Shown: one piece after another, positions 63,011 through 64,000 of the stretch | Layout: each line of letters begins with the position of its first letter | Numbering within the stretch: the first letter of the stretch is position 1 | Assembly: GCA_963836075.1 (NCBI GenBank) | Contig: CAWIIB010000001.1 | Coordinates: 384,001 to 448,000 of the forward strand | Length of the DNA: 64,000 nucleotides | Direction of reading: 5' to 3' | Source: an uncultured Acidobacteriota bacterium | Lineage (GTDB): Bacteria; Acidobacteriota; JAQAZP01 | Translations under genes and position numbers: made by a program | Notes under the pieces: generated by a model | Database searches by the model: none | What the model was told of the DNA's origin: nothing | Seen by the model: only the letters and a program-made list of their open reading frames with translations

Positions 63011-64000
63011 GCGCCGCGCTTCTAAAACATCGGCCAGAACCCAGCCGTCCGGGTCGAGACTCACGGACAGCGGCTCACCGCTAACCGACAGGGCGTGGGT
63101 CTCCAGACGGGCCTCGTTCCAGATGACAAAGTCCTCATCGCCGTCGGCCGTGGTGACCCGCACATCCAGCGGCATGCGGTAGGTGGGCATGTACGGGGCC
63201 TGCGCCTGTTGCACGGTGAGCTGGAGGGTGTGGCTGCCCGGCTGGGCCGATTCGAGCTCCCAGTGGTATTCGTATTCCGGTCGGCCCACCTGGTAGAGCC
63301 AGGGATCGAAAAACCAGTCGAGGCTCCCGCCGTACCCGCTCTCGGCCGCAGCCACGAAATCTGCGGTGACCACGCTGCCGAATTCGTGGGCGGTGCGGTA
63401 GTCACGAAGCATCTGGAAAAAAGCCGCGTCGTCGTGGAAAATGCGCCGCAGCATGTGCATCACCCATGCGCCCTTGTAGTAGACCACGGAATGCCAGATA
63501 TATGGCGGCGATACAATGGGGCAGTCGTAACGCCACCAGCTCATCCGCGCCATGTAGTCCCGCAGAGCCTCGAACCCGCCGTCGCTCTCCCGCCACAACG
63601 CCTCGGCGTAGGTGGCGAGCCCCTCGTTGAGCCAGACGTGGTCCCAGTCAGCAACCGTGACACAGTCCCCCCACCACTGGTGGGCCAGTTCATGCACCAC
63701 CACCCAGTCATAGGAACCGCTACCGCTGATACATGACGGTGGCATGGAAGTCAGTGTCTGGTGCTCGATAGCCGGTCCGTCGCCCACCTCGCACATGCCG
63801 TACTTGTCTCCGATAAAGGGGTACTCGCCGAAAAGAGGGGCCAATGCTTCCATGGCTGGAACGGTCACCGACCACTCGACAATGGCATCGTCAAGGTCCT
63901 CGGGCCAGGCAAAACTGATGATCGGCGAACTGCCCCCCGGTCCCGCGTAGACGTCCTCCACCAGCTCGTAGTTGGTGACAGCGAGGTTGATCAGGTAGGG
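62009..64000 (-). CDS. M1-family zinc aminopeptidase with C-terminal FG-GAP-like repeat domain; 5' end lies outside the window
   Basis: FGEYPF..KY, HELAHQWWGD, WLNEGLATY, YYKGAW.MHMLR, LDPDGWVL; then five GD.DGDG..EI.TG.GPG repeats. Confidence 0.9.
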   Translation of the reverse strand, partial: PYLINLAVTNYELVEDVYAGPGGSSPIISFAWPEDLDDAIVEWSVTVPAMEALAPLFGEYPFIGDKYGMCEVGDGPAIEHQTLTSMPPSCISGSGSYDWVVVHELAHQWWGDCVTVADWDHVWLNEGLATYAEALWRESDGGFEALRDYMARMSWWRYDCPIVSPPYIWHSVVYYKGAWVMHMLRRIFHDDAAFFQMLRDYRTAHEFGSVVTADFVAAAESGYGGSLDWFFDPWLYQVGRPEYEYHWELESAQPGSHTLQLTVQQAQAPYMPTYRMPLDVRVTTADGDEDFVIWNEARLETHALSVSGEPLSVSLDPDGWVLADVLEARRMILVGPGPAVDNPPVVRMFAAESGTPMVGQFQAYGPAHYGINVSCGDVDADGMDEILTGPGPGAVFGPHVRGFRSDGVPVEGLSFLAYGTNRFGVNVAAGNLNLNIYDEIVTGAGPGAVFGPHVRGFRYLLSGGVEPLSGVNFLAYGTHRWGVNVACGDLDGDGFDEIVTGAGPGAIFGPHVRGWNVDGETAAPMPEVSFFAYGTHKYGVNVACGDLDGDGLDEIVTAPGPGAVFGTHVRGWNHDGEAVSPLPGLSFFAWPASVVRYGANVHAGLDLDHDGRDELLVGAGPDPSAGTPVKAYRYDGAEVTEWLTFDAFPEGWTHGATVAGGRL

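Overview
GC-rich, densely coding chromosomal window from a bacterium that is probably anaerobic and diderm (class III RNR, HdrBC-like module, outer-membrane barrel). A VWA protein of the acidobacterial type hints at Acidobacteriota, but that is only inference. Housekeeping genes are nusB, ribH, mtnP, thiI, fabH, rsmD, recG, ndk, trxA, an rlmI-type methylase, carD, tRNA-Leu(CAA), pyrE, serC and nrdDG. I found no mobile element, prophage or CRISPR array. Points of most interest: (1) a hidden selenoprotein, where the two DUF1573-type ORFs after the tRNA are one frame interrupted by TGA in an S-U-G-C-T motif, followed directly by a bacterial SECIS-like hairpin; (2) secreted hydrolases of unrelated families (C1, M1, S8) and other exported proteins carrying appended C-terminal modules, including the same ~335-aa Ca-binding repeat domain on two proteases 22 kb apart; (3) a soluble four-gene HdrC-HdrB-FeS-flavoprotein cluster resembling a split thiol:fumarate reductase, next to a thioredoxin-type class III RNR with a fused CxxC domain and three NrdR-like boxes; (4) a TlpA-TlpA-beta-barrel-ABC-NosL-like operon; (5) bacterial homologs of the eukaryotic mannosyltransferases GTDC1/QTMAN and TMEM260; (6) an unannotated 31-aa highly basic ORF; (7) a FabH with a ~54-aa insertion; (8) a +1 frameshift in icmF. 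All family assignments come from motif recognition by eye; no searches were run.
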